The translations under genes and the position numbers were made by a program. The notes beneath the pieces are model-generated. The model ran no database searches and was not told the origin of the DNA. It saw only the letters and a list, made by a program, of their open reading frames with translations. DNA of 62,901 nucleotides, filler included. It is 5 parts of 5 records of this genome, joined end to end, with 100 filler letters (N's around TTAATTAATTAA, not from the genome) between each part and the next. Parts side by side here need not be neighbours in the genome. Positions count along the whole stretch, not along the records: positions 44,081 to 50,370 come from SRR31156797_8137; positions 50,471 to 56,735 come from SRR31156797_8148; positions 56,836 to 62,901 come from SRR31156797_8151; 2 more parts are not named here. One strand, given 5' to 3'. How positions within the stretch are numbered: the first letter of the stretch is position 1; every line of letters starts with the position of its first letter. This document shows positions 48,784-58,147 of the stretch, piece by piece.

Positions 48784-50370
48784 ATGAATTCACGGTCAAT
48801 TCTCATGTCGATGTCACTCTGGGTTTGGCTGGTCTCGCTGGCTTTCGCCCCGCAGACGGCGCAGGCGGAAGACTTGCCGAAAAGCTGCCAGGAGACGACC
48901 GAGCGGGTACTCAAGCCGTTTCTCGAGCGACTCGCGGCTGCCGAGGAAGCGGCCCGACAGTACGAAGAGCAGAACGCCGAGAAGATCGCGGCGATCAACG
49001 AGCAGATCCGTCTGCGCCAGGAATCGAAGAAGATCTTCGATGACGCCAAGGCTCAGGAAGACAAGGACTTCGGCAATCGCATCAAGTGGGGCAACGAAGC
49101 GATCCAGGAGGCGCGGGCGGATGCCCAGAAGCGGATCGCTGAGAAACGCAAGCTGGCCGCCGAGGCGCGCGCCAAAGACCGCGAGCGCGACGCTAAGGCT
49201 CATTCCGATGCGGCCGCCAAGATCGCGGCCGATCTCGCCGCCGGCAAGATCAGTTGGTACAAGCAGGAATTGAGGCTGCGCTACGATATCAACGGCTGGA
49301 GGGACTACGTTGCTAGACAGACGAAGGAACGGGCCGCGCGCATGGCCGCTTATGCTGCCGGCGAGGTGTCGCACTACATCACCACGCTCCGCTGGCGGGC
49401 CACTTGGAAGGGGGTTCTGGCCAGCATCGATCAGCAGCGTGAGGAACTGGGCAAGGCCCAGCGCCGCGAGTACAGCTACTATATGAACGCGATCCGTTTG
49501 CGCCTGACGGGCAAAGAGATGGACGACCATGTGGCCCTGCGCCAGGAAGAACTGGCCGACGCTCGCGCCCGCATCGCTGCCGGGACGTTCTCCGTATATG
49601 TGCAGGCGCTGCGTTTGCGCATCGACCGAAACGGCGTACAGAAGATCGTGGCCGAAGCGCGGGAGAAGTACCGCCAGACCGTCCGGGCCTGGGGGGCCAA
49701 GACGTACAGCAACTACAACCCCCTCAGTCGTGCGCGTCAGACCAATGGACAGATTGAGGAGATCATTGCCACGAAACAGAAGGAGTTGGCGGATTTCCGA
49801 GCGGCCGGCGATGACGCCGTAGTGTATGCCGCCAGGGCCCGTCGCACGGCCCGGCAGATCCGCGAGCAGATCGGCGCCAAGCAGGCTCTCGGCGATCGGG
49901 AAGGGTACGACCAATGGCATGAGATCCTGGCCGCCTGGAAGCAGGCCCGTGCTGAGTGGATCGCCGCCAAACAGAAGGAGATCGAACATTGGGAAGCGGT
50001 ACTGGCCAAGCACCAGGAGGTCCACCAGGAGGATCTAAAGAATCAGAAGGCCAACATCGATGGCCGCTTGCAGGATGCGCTGAACCAGACCCCGTGCGGC
50101 GGGACGGGTGGGAGCGTCGATCCGAACCGCGAAATCATCGATCGCCATCGCACCAGACTGGACGGAATGGCCGAATCGGACGCCGAGAAGAAACGGCGGC
50201 GCGACTGGTACGGTGACAAGATCTACGTCGAGCCCGACGGGACGGTGCATGGCGATCCGCGCGAGGCCTGGCAAAATGCCTTGCGCGATACGGGATTGAC
50301 GCCTTCGCAACAGAAGTCGCTGGCCGAGCGGCTGCTCAGCCTCCAGGGCATCTTCAGTACGAAGAACTTC
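48784..50370 (+). CDS. Secreted coiled-coil protein with ~39-aa internal repeats, 3'-truncated
   Basis: AGGAGG RBS, signal peptide ending AQA, GC3-biased frame, open to the contig edge. Confidence 0.8.
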
Positions 50371-50470
50371 NNNNNNNNNNNNNNNNNNNNNNNNNNNNNN
50401 NNNNNNNNNNNNNNTTAATTAATTAANNNNNNNNNNNNNNNNNNNNNNNNNNNNNNNNNNNNNNNNNNNN
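50371..50470. other. Artificial contig spacer
   Basis: N44-TTAATTAATTAA-N44. Confidence 0.98.
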
Positions 50471-50500
50471 TCTCCGGTTCAAATCCGGAAGCCGCCTCCA
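50471..50500 (+). tRNA. 3' end of a tRNA (T-arm, acceptor strand, CCA), probably tRNA-Cys
   Basis: TCCGG-TTCAAAT-CCGGA T-arm then GCCGCC-T-CCA; U73 discriminator is typical of tRNA-Cys; anticodon lies outside the contig. Confidence 0.75.
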
Positions 50501-50509
50501 GCCGAATTT

Positions 50510-50549
50510 TAAGGGCTCATAAGAATTTTTTTCTTCTGAGCCCTTTTTT
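50510..50549 (+). terminator. Intrinsic terminator after the tRNA
   Basis: aagggctca-taagaa...ttcttc-tgagccctttttt. Confidence 0.7.
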
Positions 50550-50770
50550 ATTTGGACTCTCCTTAAGGGTCATGGAAATTTTAAAAAGGTCAGGGCTGAC
50601 AGGAGTAGTCATCGCCTTTATTGATAATGAGTTGGGTGGGGTGTAGTCTGATAATTTAGATAACACCCTAATATTGCATGGCAATAAAATCACATTTTAT
50701 TACATATTGAAAATATTTCTTGCTTCATCTCGTATGCTTCAGATTTTTGTGCCATCTTTTTTATAAGCTT

Positions 50771-50795
50771 AAAAAGTTCATTGACCTGGACTTGA
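50771..50795 (+). repeat. Left arm of a long-range inverted repeat
   Basis: aaaaagTTCATTGACCTGGACTTGA; its reverse complement is at 53790-53814 (19 bp exact, 24/25 overall). Confidence 0.85.
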
Positions 50796-50876
50796 TTTAG
50801 CCAAGGTAGTCGGTTTATGCAAGTCGATTCAAAAGAATGTAAATATCGGTTTCAGCACGGATGAATGGGAGACCAT

Positions 50877-51842
50877 ATGAAGATTGTGGGTATTATTTTT
50901 CAACTGATTTTTCTTTCCTTTTTCTTTATGGGTTGCACGCGGTCGCTGCCATCGGGTTTTTCGGGTGGTCCCGGGACTTATATGCAAAAAATGGACATGC
51001 GATTTAATCTACTTAGAAGAAGCTATCGGGTACACGTACCGCCTTCTTATGATCCAGGCAAACCACTTCCCCTTGTTGTCGTTATTCATGGTGCCTTTGA
51101 CAACGCCTCGGGCATGGAAAAGGCCACTGGATTTAGTCAATTGGCGGATCAGGAAAACTTTATTGTGCAATATCCCAATGGTATAAGTTTATTCGGGTTC
51201 CTGCAGCATTGGAATGCCGGTCATTGCTGTGGGAAGGCTGCAGATGACAAAGTGGATGATGTCGGGTTTATTGCAAAGGCAATTGAAGATCTTTGTTCTC
51301 GACTCAACGTGGATCGAAGACGAATTTATATGGTCGGATTTTCCAATGGTGGGATGATGGCATATCGTTTTGCCGCCGAAAGAAGCGATCTGCTTGCCGC
51401 TGTTGCCCCGTTGGCCGCTTCAATCGGAGGCCGCGCATCCGAGAATGAACCCGAATGGCAAATTCCTGTTCCCGAGCACCCGTTACCCATCATTTCGATG
51501 CATGGGATGGAAGACGATGATGTTCCATATAATGGTGGGATTAGCCCACGCCGGGGAGGAGATCGCAGTTATTATTCCGTGCCCGAATCCCTATCGTTTT
51601 GGGTGGAGCAGAATGGGTGCCATGGGCCGGTGAACGAAGGGCAGCTTTATCAAGATGCTGTAATCGTAAAGTCCTGGACAGGATGCTTCGATAACAGCGA
51701 GATCGTACTTTATTTGCTGAAGGAGTGGGACCATGTCTGGCCTGGTAAAGTTTTTTTCGGTTCACTGGAAAAAGGACACCCCCTAAAAGAGTTTGATGCG
51801 GCGCAAATCATCTGGAATTTTTTTAAACGGCATAGCAGATGA
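50877..51842 (+). CDS. LpqC/PHB-depolymerase-like esterase lipoprotein
   Basis: Lipobox FMGC, PLVVVIHG, YPNG, WNAGHCCG, DDVGFI, GFSNG, HG.ED, HVWPG. Confidence 0.88.
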   Translation: MKIVGIIFQLIFLSFFFMGCTRSLPSGFSGGPGTYMQKMDMRFNLLRRSYRVHVPPSYDPGKPLPLVVVIHGAFDNASGMEKATGFSQLADQENFIVQYPNGISLFGFLQHWNAGHCCGKAADDKVDDVGFIAKAIEDLCSRLNVDRRRIYMVGFSNGGMMAYRFAAERSDLLAAVAPLAASIGGRASENEPEWQIPVPEHPLPIISMHGMEDDDVPYNGGISPRRGGDRSYYSVPESLSFWVEQNGCHGPVNEGQLYQDAVIVKSWTGCFDNSEIVLYLLKEWDHVWPGKVFFGSLEKGHPLKEFDAAQIIWNFFKRHSR

Positions 51843-51909
51843 ACTGAACGATGTATTATACCACCGGTGAAAAAATAGGTCAGTTCGTGGGTGTTTATGG
51901 GAATAAATA

Positions 51910-52785
51910 CTACATATCGTCAAGTTGGGCTCTGGCATCGGTAATGAAGTGAATCCGCCAAGGATAAAGATCTTTAACATCTTCTGGGTTTTGACTGGCG
52001 ACCCACTTAAGGTCCTGGCGGGCGCTTTTTATGTTTCCTGTCACCTGGTGAAAATATTTTCCTCTGCCCCATCTCGGTAAAAGATAGCCCTTTCCCCTGT
52101 CGATGGAATTTTTCATATAAATTTTTGATATATTTGTATCTCCACCCAGAAAAAAAGGCAGGACACCGTAACAGATGCTATAAGCGAACTCCACGGCACC
52201 GTTTCCAAATCCCGGCGAAACCTGAACTATTCTATCAAGAAAGGCAATGCCGCGTTTCATCCAGCCGACATTGAAGACTTTTGTCGGCATTGTCATCCCT
52301 TCCTTAAATTCGTATTGCAACGCAATCACCCAGAAGAGCATGGCTGGTGCATCTTCAGCCTGGAGCCTATGGGCTGCTTCCCAAGGCTTTTTGCCCCCGT
52401 CAACTGCTGCCCGGAATTGAGGATTGACATACATGGATAATTCACAATACTTCATCCCCAGGCGGAAATGGGAAATTTTCTCCTTTCTGTCAACTGTGTA
52501 TGCGGTTCCGAGAAGAATATGAAAGTTGCCGAGATAGGCTAACGCCTCCCGGTGAAAGGGATTAGCTGCCAAAACCCGCCGCATTGCATTCATTGCTGAT
52601 ACAACCCCCTTTTGATCAGATGCCAGCCCGATTTTTTCCAGGGCTTCGGCATAAAGAAGCTCCGCTGGTGCGGGCGTTGGCATAAGCTTCGCTTCATGCC
52701 ACGAGGGTGCCCAATGCTTTTTTCCACAACTTGAGAGCATAACCAGAGATATCAAGACCGTCAGAATCATATTTCTCATGGACAT
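51910..52785 (-). CDS. TPR-like lipoprotein, resembling the TRAP-associated TatT family
   Basis: Lipobox LSSC; all-helical; APAMLFW, PGFGNGA, LPFFLGGD pattern. Confidence 0.6.
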   Translation of the reverse strand: MSMRNMILTVLISLVMLSSCGKKHWAPSWHEAKLMPTPAPAELLYAEALEKIGLASDQKGVVSAMNAMRRVLAANPFHREALAYLGNFHILLGTAYTVDRKEKISHFRLGMKYCELSMYVNPQFRAAVDGGKKPWEAAHRLQAEDAPAMLFWVIALQYEFKEGMTMPTKVFNVGWMKRGIAFLDRIVQVSPGFGNGAVEFAYSICYGVLPFFLGGDTNISKIYMKNSIDRGKGYLLPRWGRGKYFHQVTGNIKSARQDLKWVASQNPEDVKDLYPWRIHFITDARAQLDDM

Positions 52786-52867
52786 CTTCTCCTTCTTAGC
52801 AAAATTAGATTACCCTTTATCAAGAACGCAATCTGGTGCTGATGGAAACGCTATCTTAAAGCCACCT

Positions 52868-53635
52868 CTAATCATCGCCCCACAAATTTCGGTCAAGGAA
52901 ATTTTGCCAAAGAGCTTTGAATGTTTCATAATCGTGGGCGCCTTTTAAACGAATAATGTGACTTCCTGGGAGGGCCGTTGCAAGTAGTTGTTGAGCTTCG
53001 GCGTACGGGTCACTGTTGCCAAAACCAAGATAGATGGGGATGCGGTTTTCGGTTGCTACTGTAGTTTTGATCCAGTGCCACAGCATTCGTTGCCAATCAT
53101 CATTTGGTGAATAGTCTCCCGGTACCCAACGCCGAAGTCCCTCGACTTTGTTAATTTCGTCAATGATAGCATCATAACCGAGGAAAGGAGAAATCAGGCA
53201 GACTCCGGTAATATCCTCTGGATGTTTGTGCATATAAAGCAGGGAGCCGAGCCCTCCCATGGAAAAACCAACCAACCATATATTCTCATACCCTTTATTT
53301 TGGGCGGGAAGAATGACGTCTTTCCGGAGACGTTCGATCAGTGTACGCTCGAAATAGTAAACAAAATGGGCATTGGGTGCCACCATATCAAACCCGATCT
53401 CCCTTTCCCGGGTGGCCTCGACCAGGCCTTCTTCTTCAAAACTATGGTGACTGCCACCTAAACCACGCAAAAAAATAAATAGGTTCTTGTTGGATGTTGC
53501 GTTGCTGTCAACATAGGATAGGGTTTTTAACGGTTTGTTGGCGAAATAGGCACACCCTGAGAATATTATCATAGCAGCTGTCAGAAGGAACACTGATAGT
53601 CTGAAAATAAACCGTCTTGTCAGGTATGGTTTCAT
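52868..53635 (-). CDS. Alpha/beta hydrolase lipoprotein
   Basis: Lipobox FSGC, FLRGLG, GFSMG nucleophile elbow, SPFLG, GAHD. Confidence 0.85.
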   Translation of the reverse strand: MKPYLTRRFIFRLSVFLLTAAMIIFSGCAYFANKPLKTLSYVDSNATSNKNLFIFLRGLGGSHHSFEEEGLVEATREREIGFDMVAPNAHFVYYFERTLIERLRKDVILPAQNKGYENIWLVGFSMGGLGSLLYMHKHPEDITGVCLISPFLGYDAIIDEINKVEGLRRWVPGDYSPNDDWQRMLWHWIKTTVATENRIPIYLGFGNSDPYAEAQQLLATALPGSHIIRLKGAHDYETFKALWQNFLDRNLWGDD

Positions 53636-53789
53636 TATTCTGCCACCATTTTAAAGTAGTTAAAAAAGAATGCTTGCAGTTCATTTGAAACATGAACTTA
53701 TCGTAAATTTTTATGTGCCAACAAAAAGAAGGATAAGGAGTTGATATGAAAGTAAAAGCATTCTATTTAGAGAAAAACATACCGGAAGG

Positions 53790-53814
53790 TCAAGTCCAGG
53801 TCAATGAATTTTTT
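53790..53814 (-). repeat. Right arm of the long-range inverted repeat, overlapping a sigma70-like -35 box
   Basis: Minus strand aaaaaaTTCATTGACCTGGACTTGAccttccggTATGTT gives TTGACC-N17-TATGTT. Confidence 0.85.
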
Positions 53815-53955
53815 CAGACGCCAAAGGTTGAAACCTGAATCGCCTGTCTTAATATTTCAGTTATGACGCATTGGTTTCTATGCTTATGAAACGGCGGGAA
53901 ACGGCTTGTGTAATGCGGACCTTAACGCAACTAAATTGTCCTGGGCCATAAGGAG

Positions 53956-55164
53956 TTGATTATGAAGACGCTGTCCCAAAGTGCCCTGGCCGATATATGT
54001 TTTGAAATTACCTGGAAAAAAGACGGTATCCATCACTCGGATCGATATTTTGCAGACCATCTCAATGTCTGGCGTGATATCTTTCCCGGCAGCCCTTTAG
54101 AAATCCTTTTTGGACAGGATCTTGGCCGGTCGATAACACTCCAGATCAATCCCGGGGATATTATCCCATGCCACTGTGTGCAAAAAGTTATAAGCCTTCC
54201 TAAAAACAGGCTGACGTCCCGTTTACCCATGGACCAAATTAAATTTGGGCGATTTTATCCCCAGGGACTGATCGCCGGGCATGCGGGTATTTTTAAAGCC
54301 AACATGACTCCGTTTCGATGTGTGGGAGAAAATCCTAATGTGATAACGGCCGACCTAAACCATCCGATGGCCGGCCTCCCGTTTACCCTGAACATTCATG
54401 TCCTTGAGCAATGGAATAATGCAGTTGAGCGTGGCGGCAGCTGTGTGGACTGGATTGATCTTACCTTATCCGGTCCGGGAATGCAGGCCAGGCAGGACGG
54501 CAAGCCGACGGATTTCTTTTCTGAGAAAGGTTTGGACAGAAAGGATTCGGGACCGGATTCTAATTTTTATGCAACGGACCGGTTTGTTCATCATATTGAC
54601 CGCCGGGCCAGGCAGGAACTGGCGGGCATCTACAGGGCACTAATTGATCCGGGCGACAGAATTTTGGATCTTATGGCCGGCTGGGAGTCCCATATTCCGG
54701 ATGATCTCACACCACTTCACATGCATGGTGTCGGGCTTAATGCCAATGAACTTGCTAATAATTCTAAGCTTACAGCACATACGGTACAGGATCTGAACAC
54801 CACCTTCCGTCTGGATTTTAATAACAATGAGTTCGACGGGGCTGTCTGCTCTCTGTCCGTTGAGTACCTGACAAATCCCATACCCATTTTTAAGGAGGTG
54901 TCACGGGTGTTAAAACCGGGGAGGGCCTTTGCCGTCTCTTTTTCAAACCGGTGGTTTCCTGAAAAAGCCATCAGGCTTTGGGAATACCTTCATGATTTTG
55001 AACGTATGGGGCTTGTCACAGAATATTTTCTCCAATCCGGCGGATTCGATGAGATTTCAACGATCTCGTCCCGGGGATTTCCTAGGCCCGATGATGATAA
55101 TTATTTCCCTGAATTGAGGCTGTCTGATCCTATTTATGTCGTTATCGGCCGTACCCTGGGCTGA
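53956..55164 (+). CDS. Fusion of an N-terminal FKBP/SlyD-like domain and a class I SAM methyltransferase
   Basis: GRFYPQG, ADLNHPMAG (FKBP/SlyD-type); FY...RFVHHID, ILDLMAGWESH, GLNANEL, SVEYL, SFSNRWFP. Confidence 0.8.
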   Translation: MIMKTLSQSALADICFEITWKKDGIHHSDRYFADHLNVWRDIFPGSPLEILFGQDLGRSITLQINPGDIIPCHCVQKVISLPKNRLTSRLPMDQIKFGRFYPQGLIAGHAGIFKANMTPFRCVGENPNVITADLNHPMAGLPFTLNIHVLEQWNNAVERGGSCVDWIDLTLSGPGMQARQDGKPTDFFSEKGLDRKDSGPDSNFYATDRFVHHIDRRARQELAGIYRALIDPGDRILDLMAGWESHIPDDLTPLHMHGVGLNANELANNSKLTAHTVQDLNTTFRLDFNNNEFDGAVCSLSVEYLTNPIPIFKEVSRVLKPGRAFAVSFSNRWFPEKAIRLWEYLHDFERMGLVTEYFLQSGGFDEISTISSRGFPRPDDDNYFPELRLSDPIYVVIGRTLG

Positions 55165-55212
55165 TAAAAACCCAGACCGTTCTTTTCGATATGCACAACA
55201 AAAAGGAAAAAA

Positions 55213-56019
55213 ATGATGCGCAAAAGCAATTCGGACCTGACAGTTCTGTATATCCCCCATGGAGGGGGCCCTTTACCCTTATTCGACCATCCGGGGCATC
55301 TGGAGTTAATCCGGTTTTTAAAAACCGTTTCCGACCAGCTCGAAACGCCGGAGGCTATCATTATCATCAGCGCCCACTGGGAGCAGTCAATCCCCACTCT
55401 GACTGCAAACGCCGCACCTGCTCTCGTTTATGACTACTACGGGTTTCCTCCCGAGGCCTATGAAATTAATTATCCGGCACCCGGTCATCCCCGGCTCGCA
55501 CAGGAACTATGTTCCGGCCTTGAAGCAAAAGGCATCCACAGTCAATTGGACGAACTATGGGGATTTGATCACGGCATGTATATTCCGCTGAAACTGATGT
55601 ATCCTGATGCACGGATTCCTTGTGTTCAGATTTCATTGATGAACGGGCTGGACCCGTTGGCACACATCAACCTGGGTCGAACGTTAAACAAGATATTAAC
55701 CGGAAAAATTCTGGTGCTTGGCTCGGGCTTTTCCTTCCATAATATGAAGGCGTTTAGAGAAACCGGCATGGATCGTAAAAATGTCGAATTTGACCAATGG
55801 CTGTCAGAAACCGTGACCAGCCGGGATCTGTGCCGATCAGACAGGACGGACAGGCTGATCCACTGGGAAAGAGCGCCCCATGCGCGATACTGCCATCCCA
55901 CCGAGGAACACCTTCTCCCCCTTCATGTCTGTTACGGGATCTTTGAAACACCGGCCCAGCAGATATTTGACGGACAAGTACTCGGGAAGAAAAGTGCGGC
56001 CTTTCTCTGGAAAAATTAA
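55213..56019 (+). CDS. LigB/DODA-type extradiol ring-cleavage dioxygenase (YgiD-like)
   Basis: HGGGP, SAHW, YDYYGFP, GFDHG, GSGFSFHN, HPTEEHLLPL. Confidence 0.92.
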   Translation: MMRKSNSDLTVLYIPHGGGPLPLFDHPGHLELIRFLKTVSDQLETPEAIIIISAHWEQSIPTLTANAAPALVYDYYGFPPEAYEINYPAPGHPRLAQELCSGLEAKGIHSQLDELWGFDHGMYIPLKLMYPDARIPCVQISLMNGLDPLAHINLGRTLNKILTGKILVLGSGFSFHNMKAFRETGMDRKNVEFDQWLSETVTSRDLCRSDRTDRLIHWERAPHARYCHPTEEHLLPLHVCYGIFETPAQQIFDGQVLGKKSAAFLWKN

Positions 56020-56061
56020 GCATGCTGCGCAGGCACCGACATAATCAGCTGAGATGAAAAG

Positions 56062-56735
56062 ATGACTCCATTATTACTGACATTTGAATCGACCCTGCAG
56101 CTGATCCTACGGATGGGAACCGTCATGTTTATCAGCCTGTTTGGCATTGAACTGTTCATGCAGATGGGCTTGATGAAACACCTTAAGCCCATAGGTGCCC
56201 CCATCGCCAGGCTGTCCAATTTACCCTCAGAAAGCGCCTTGTGCTTTCTGGCAGGAATCGGATCAATGATTGCCGCCCACACCATGAGCGCGCAATTTCA
56301 TGCGGATCGGAAAATATCCGATGGTCACCTGTTGCTGACAGGGGTACTCAACACCGTTCCGTTCCATTTTAAAGAGACACTGACCTTCCAGCTACCGGTT
56401 GTTCTCCCGCTTCTGGGTTTGCGCTTGTGCATGATTTATATTGCCGTTTTCTGGCTGACCGGAATGCTTAAAATCGGCTTCATTATTCTCTGGGGACGCC
56501 TGCGTTTGGAACCACCGACAAACTACGAGGATGCGTTTAACCATCTGGAATGTGACCCGGCAGACCCGGACTGCTCGTCAAGATCGGTCAAACAACTACT
56601 GGCCGACACCTGGTCTGCACGGAAAAAAATGTATCTGCGCATGATCACAATGCTGGGAACCATTACCTTTCTGGTTCAATTGTTTATAAACACAGGACTG
56701 CTGAGCCGGCTTGAGATATTGATCACCCCGCTGAC
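56062..56735 (+). CDS. Nucleoside-recognition (Gate) domain membrane protein, 3'-truncated
   Basis: LKPIGAPIARLSNLP, multiple TM segments; open to the contig edge. Confidence 0.7.
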
Positions 56736-56835
56736 NNNNNNNNNNNNNNNNNNNNNNNNNNNNNNNNNNNNNNNNNNNNTTAATTAATTAANNNNNNNNN
56801 NNNNNNNNNNNNNNNNNNNNNNNNNNNNNNNNNNN
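56736..56835. other. Artificial contig spacer
   Basis: N44-TTAATTAATTAA-N44. Confidence 0.98.
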
Positions 56836-57838
56836 CTCGCCGCGGGTTGAGTAGTCAAATTGGGTGACGTCAGAACCGTCCATTTTACTTCCCAGAAAGC
56901 CGTCGTAATCGTAAAGATAGGTGGTTGTACCCGCGGTCAGCAAGTGATCTTCATCCGAATAGGTGAATGCTCTTCCCGCAATACCCCTCTGAGCGTTCAT
57001 TTCATAATTCCGGGTTCCGTTGGCGTCATACCGGTATTCCTCTACAAGGGCGCCCTCTTTTGTCACGGTTAGGAGCCTACCCATGGGGTCATAGGTGTAA
57101 GCGTAATCTGAAGTGGTTCCGTCAACGGTCTCCGTCTTACTTGTAATCCGGCCGTTGTCGTTGCGGTTTAGGTTCCAGGAGGTGAGGGATTGATTCCTGA
57201 CCGTATACGCCTGAGCCCCTATCTCTCCATAGCCGTTGAAGGTGCGGGAAAGGCTCAAGTTGCCGCCGTTTACCGCCTCCGGAAACCCGTTCTGGGCGTT
57301 TCGGGTGATAGTGTAATTCCCCGCGCCGGTCAACAGACCGTCATTGTCATAGGTGTAATTTTTGCTCTCGCCCGCGTAGGTGAAAGCGGCTGGGGTGAAG
57401 TCGTTGTTGTAAGCATATGATAACGATTGATTCAGGGTTCCGGAAACCGATTCGGAGGTCACAAGCTTTCCGTCGTACCCGTAGGTGATAGTATCCGCCC
57501 CGTTAGTGATGGACCCTACCTTTGCGGCGCAGAGATAGGTCAGATCGATATTTCCCTCCGGCGTTTGTATCTGCGCAAGCCGGGCATTGTCATAGACGTT
57601 GTTGATCTCGTTCCCCGATGGAAAAACGGTGGAAACCAGGCGTCTGTCCTTGTCGTACACATATTGGTAGGTCCCGCTCAGGGGAGCTTGGTAGACGTCC
57701 TTGCGGCTGACCTGGTTGTAACCGAAGGCGTGATTCACGGTTGTGGGAACACTCAGCATGGTCATATTTCGGTTTTTGTCGTAAGTGAATCCCACGGAAC
57801 TCCCGTCTGGGCGACTGATGCCCGTGACGCGGCCCACA
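56836..57838 (-). pseudogene. RHS/YD-repeat gene fragment; lacks a normal N-terminus and is cut at the 3' side by the contig edge
   Basis: GRVTGISRPDG, YTYDNDG, YTYDPMGRLLTV, YRYDANG repeats; the frame begins mid-repeat with no RBS or signal peptide. Confidence 0.75.
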
Positions 57839-57934
57839 CTTCTCAATCCTTAAAACGCCTTTTTGACGCTCAAAAAATGGCCTCTAAAGGTAAAAAACGG
57901 CCCTGTTTCTGAGCTAAACCCGCATCATATGGGC

Positions 57935-57984
57935 ATCCTGCTTGGTCCATCCTGCTTGGTCCGACCCAGACCCCACAGACCCCA
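57935..57984. repeat. Short tandem duplications in a scrambled intergenic region
   Basis: CATCCTGCTTGGTC x2 and CAGACCCCA x2; also GCGTCCCCC x2 near 58091-58109. Confidence 0.7.
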
Positions 57985-58147
57985 AGAGGTGAGCCTTCCC
58001 CGGGTGTCGTATCCGTAAACGGTATCATAAAGACCGGGGATGGAGACCGCCGTGGTCAGCACTCACAGCCATGAAGTTTATAAGTTAAGGGCGTCCCCCG
58101 CGTCCCCCCGTGTAGCGGCTTTGTCCAACAATGGTTATCGCAAGGCA

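Noticed and set aside
48814-50025. 403-aa minus-strand ORF
   Set aside because: Antisense shadow; the plus-strand gene has the RBS, signal peptide and internal repeats.
53700-53725. Sigma-54 promoter candidates (TGGCAC on the minus strand near 53716-53721 and 50748-50753)
   Set aside because: The -12 TTGC element is missing at the required spacing in both cases.
50471-56735. tRNA-integrated genomic island
   Set aside because: No integrase and no second copy of the tRNA 3' end were seen on the contig; the tRNA is simply cut by the contig edge and followed by its terminator.
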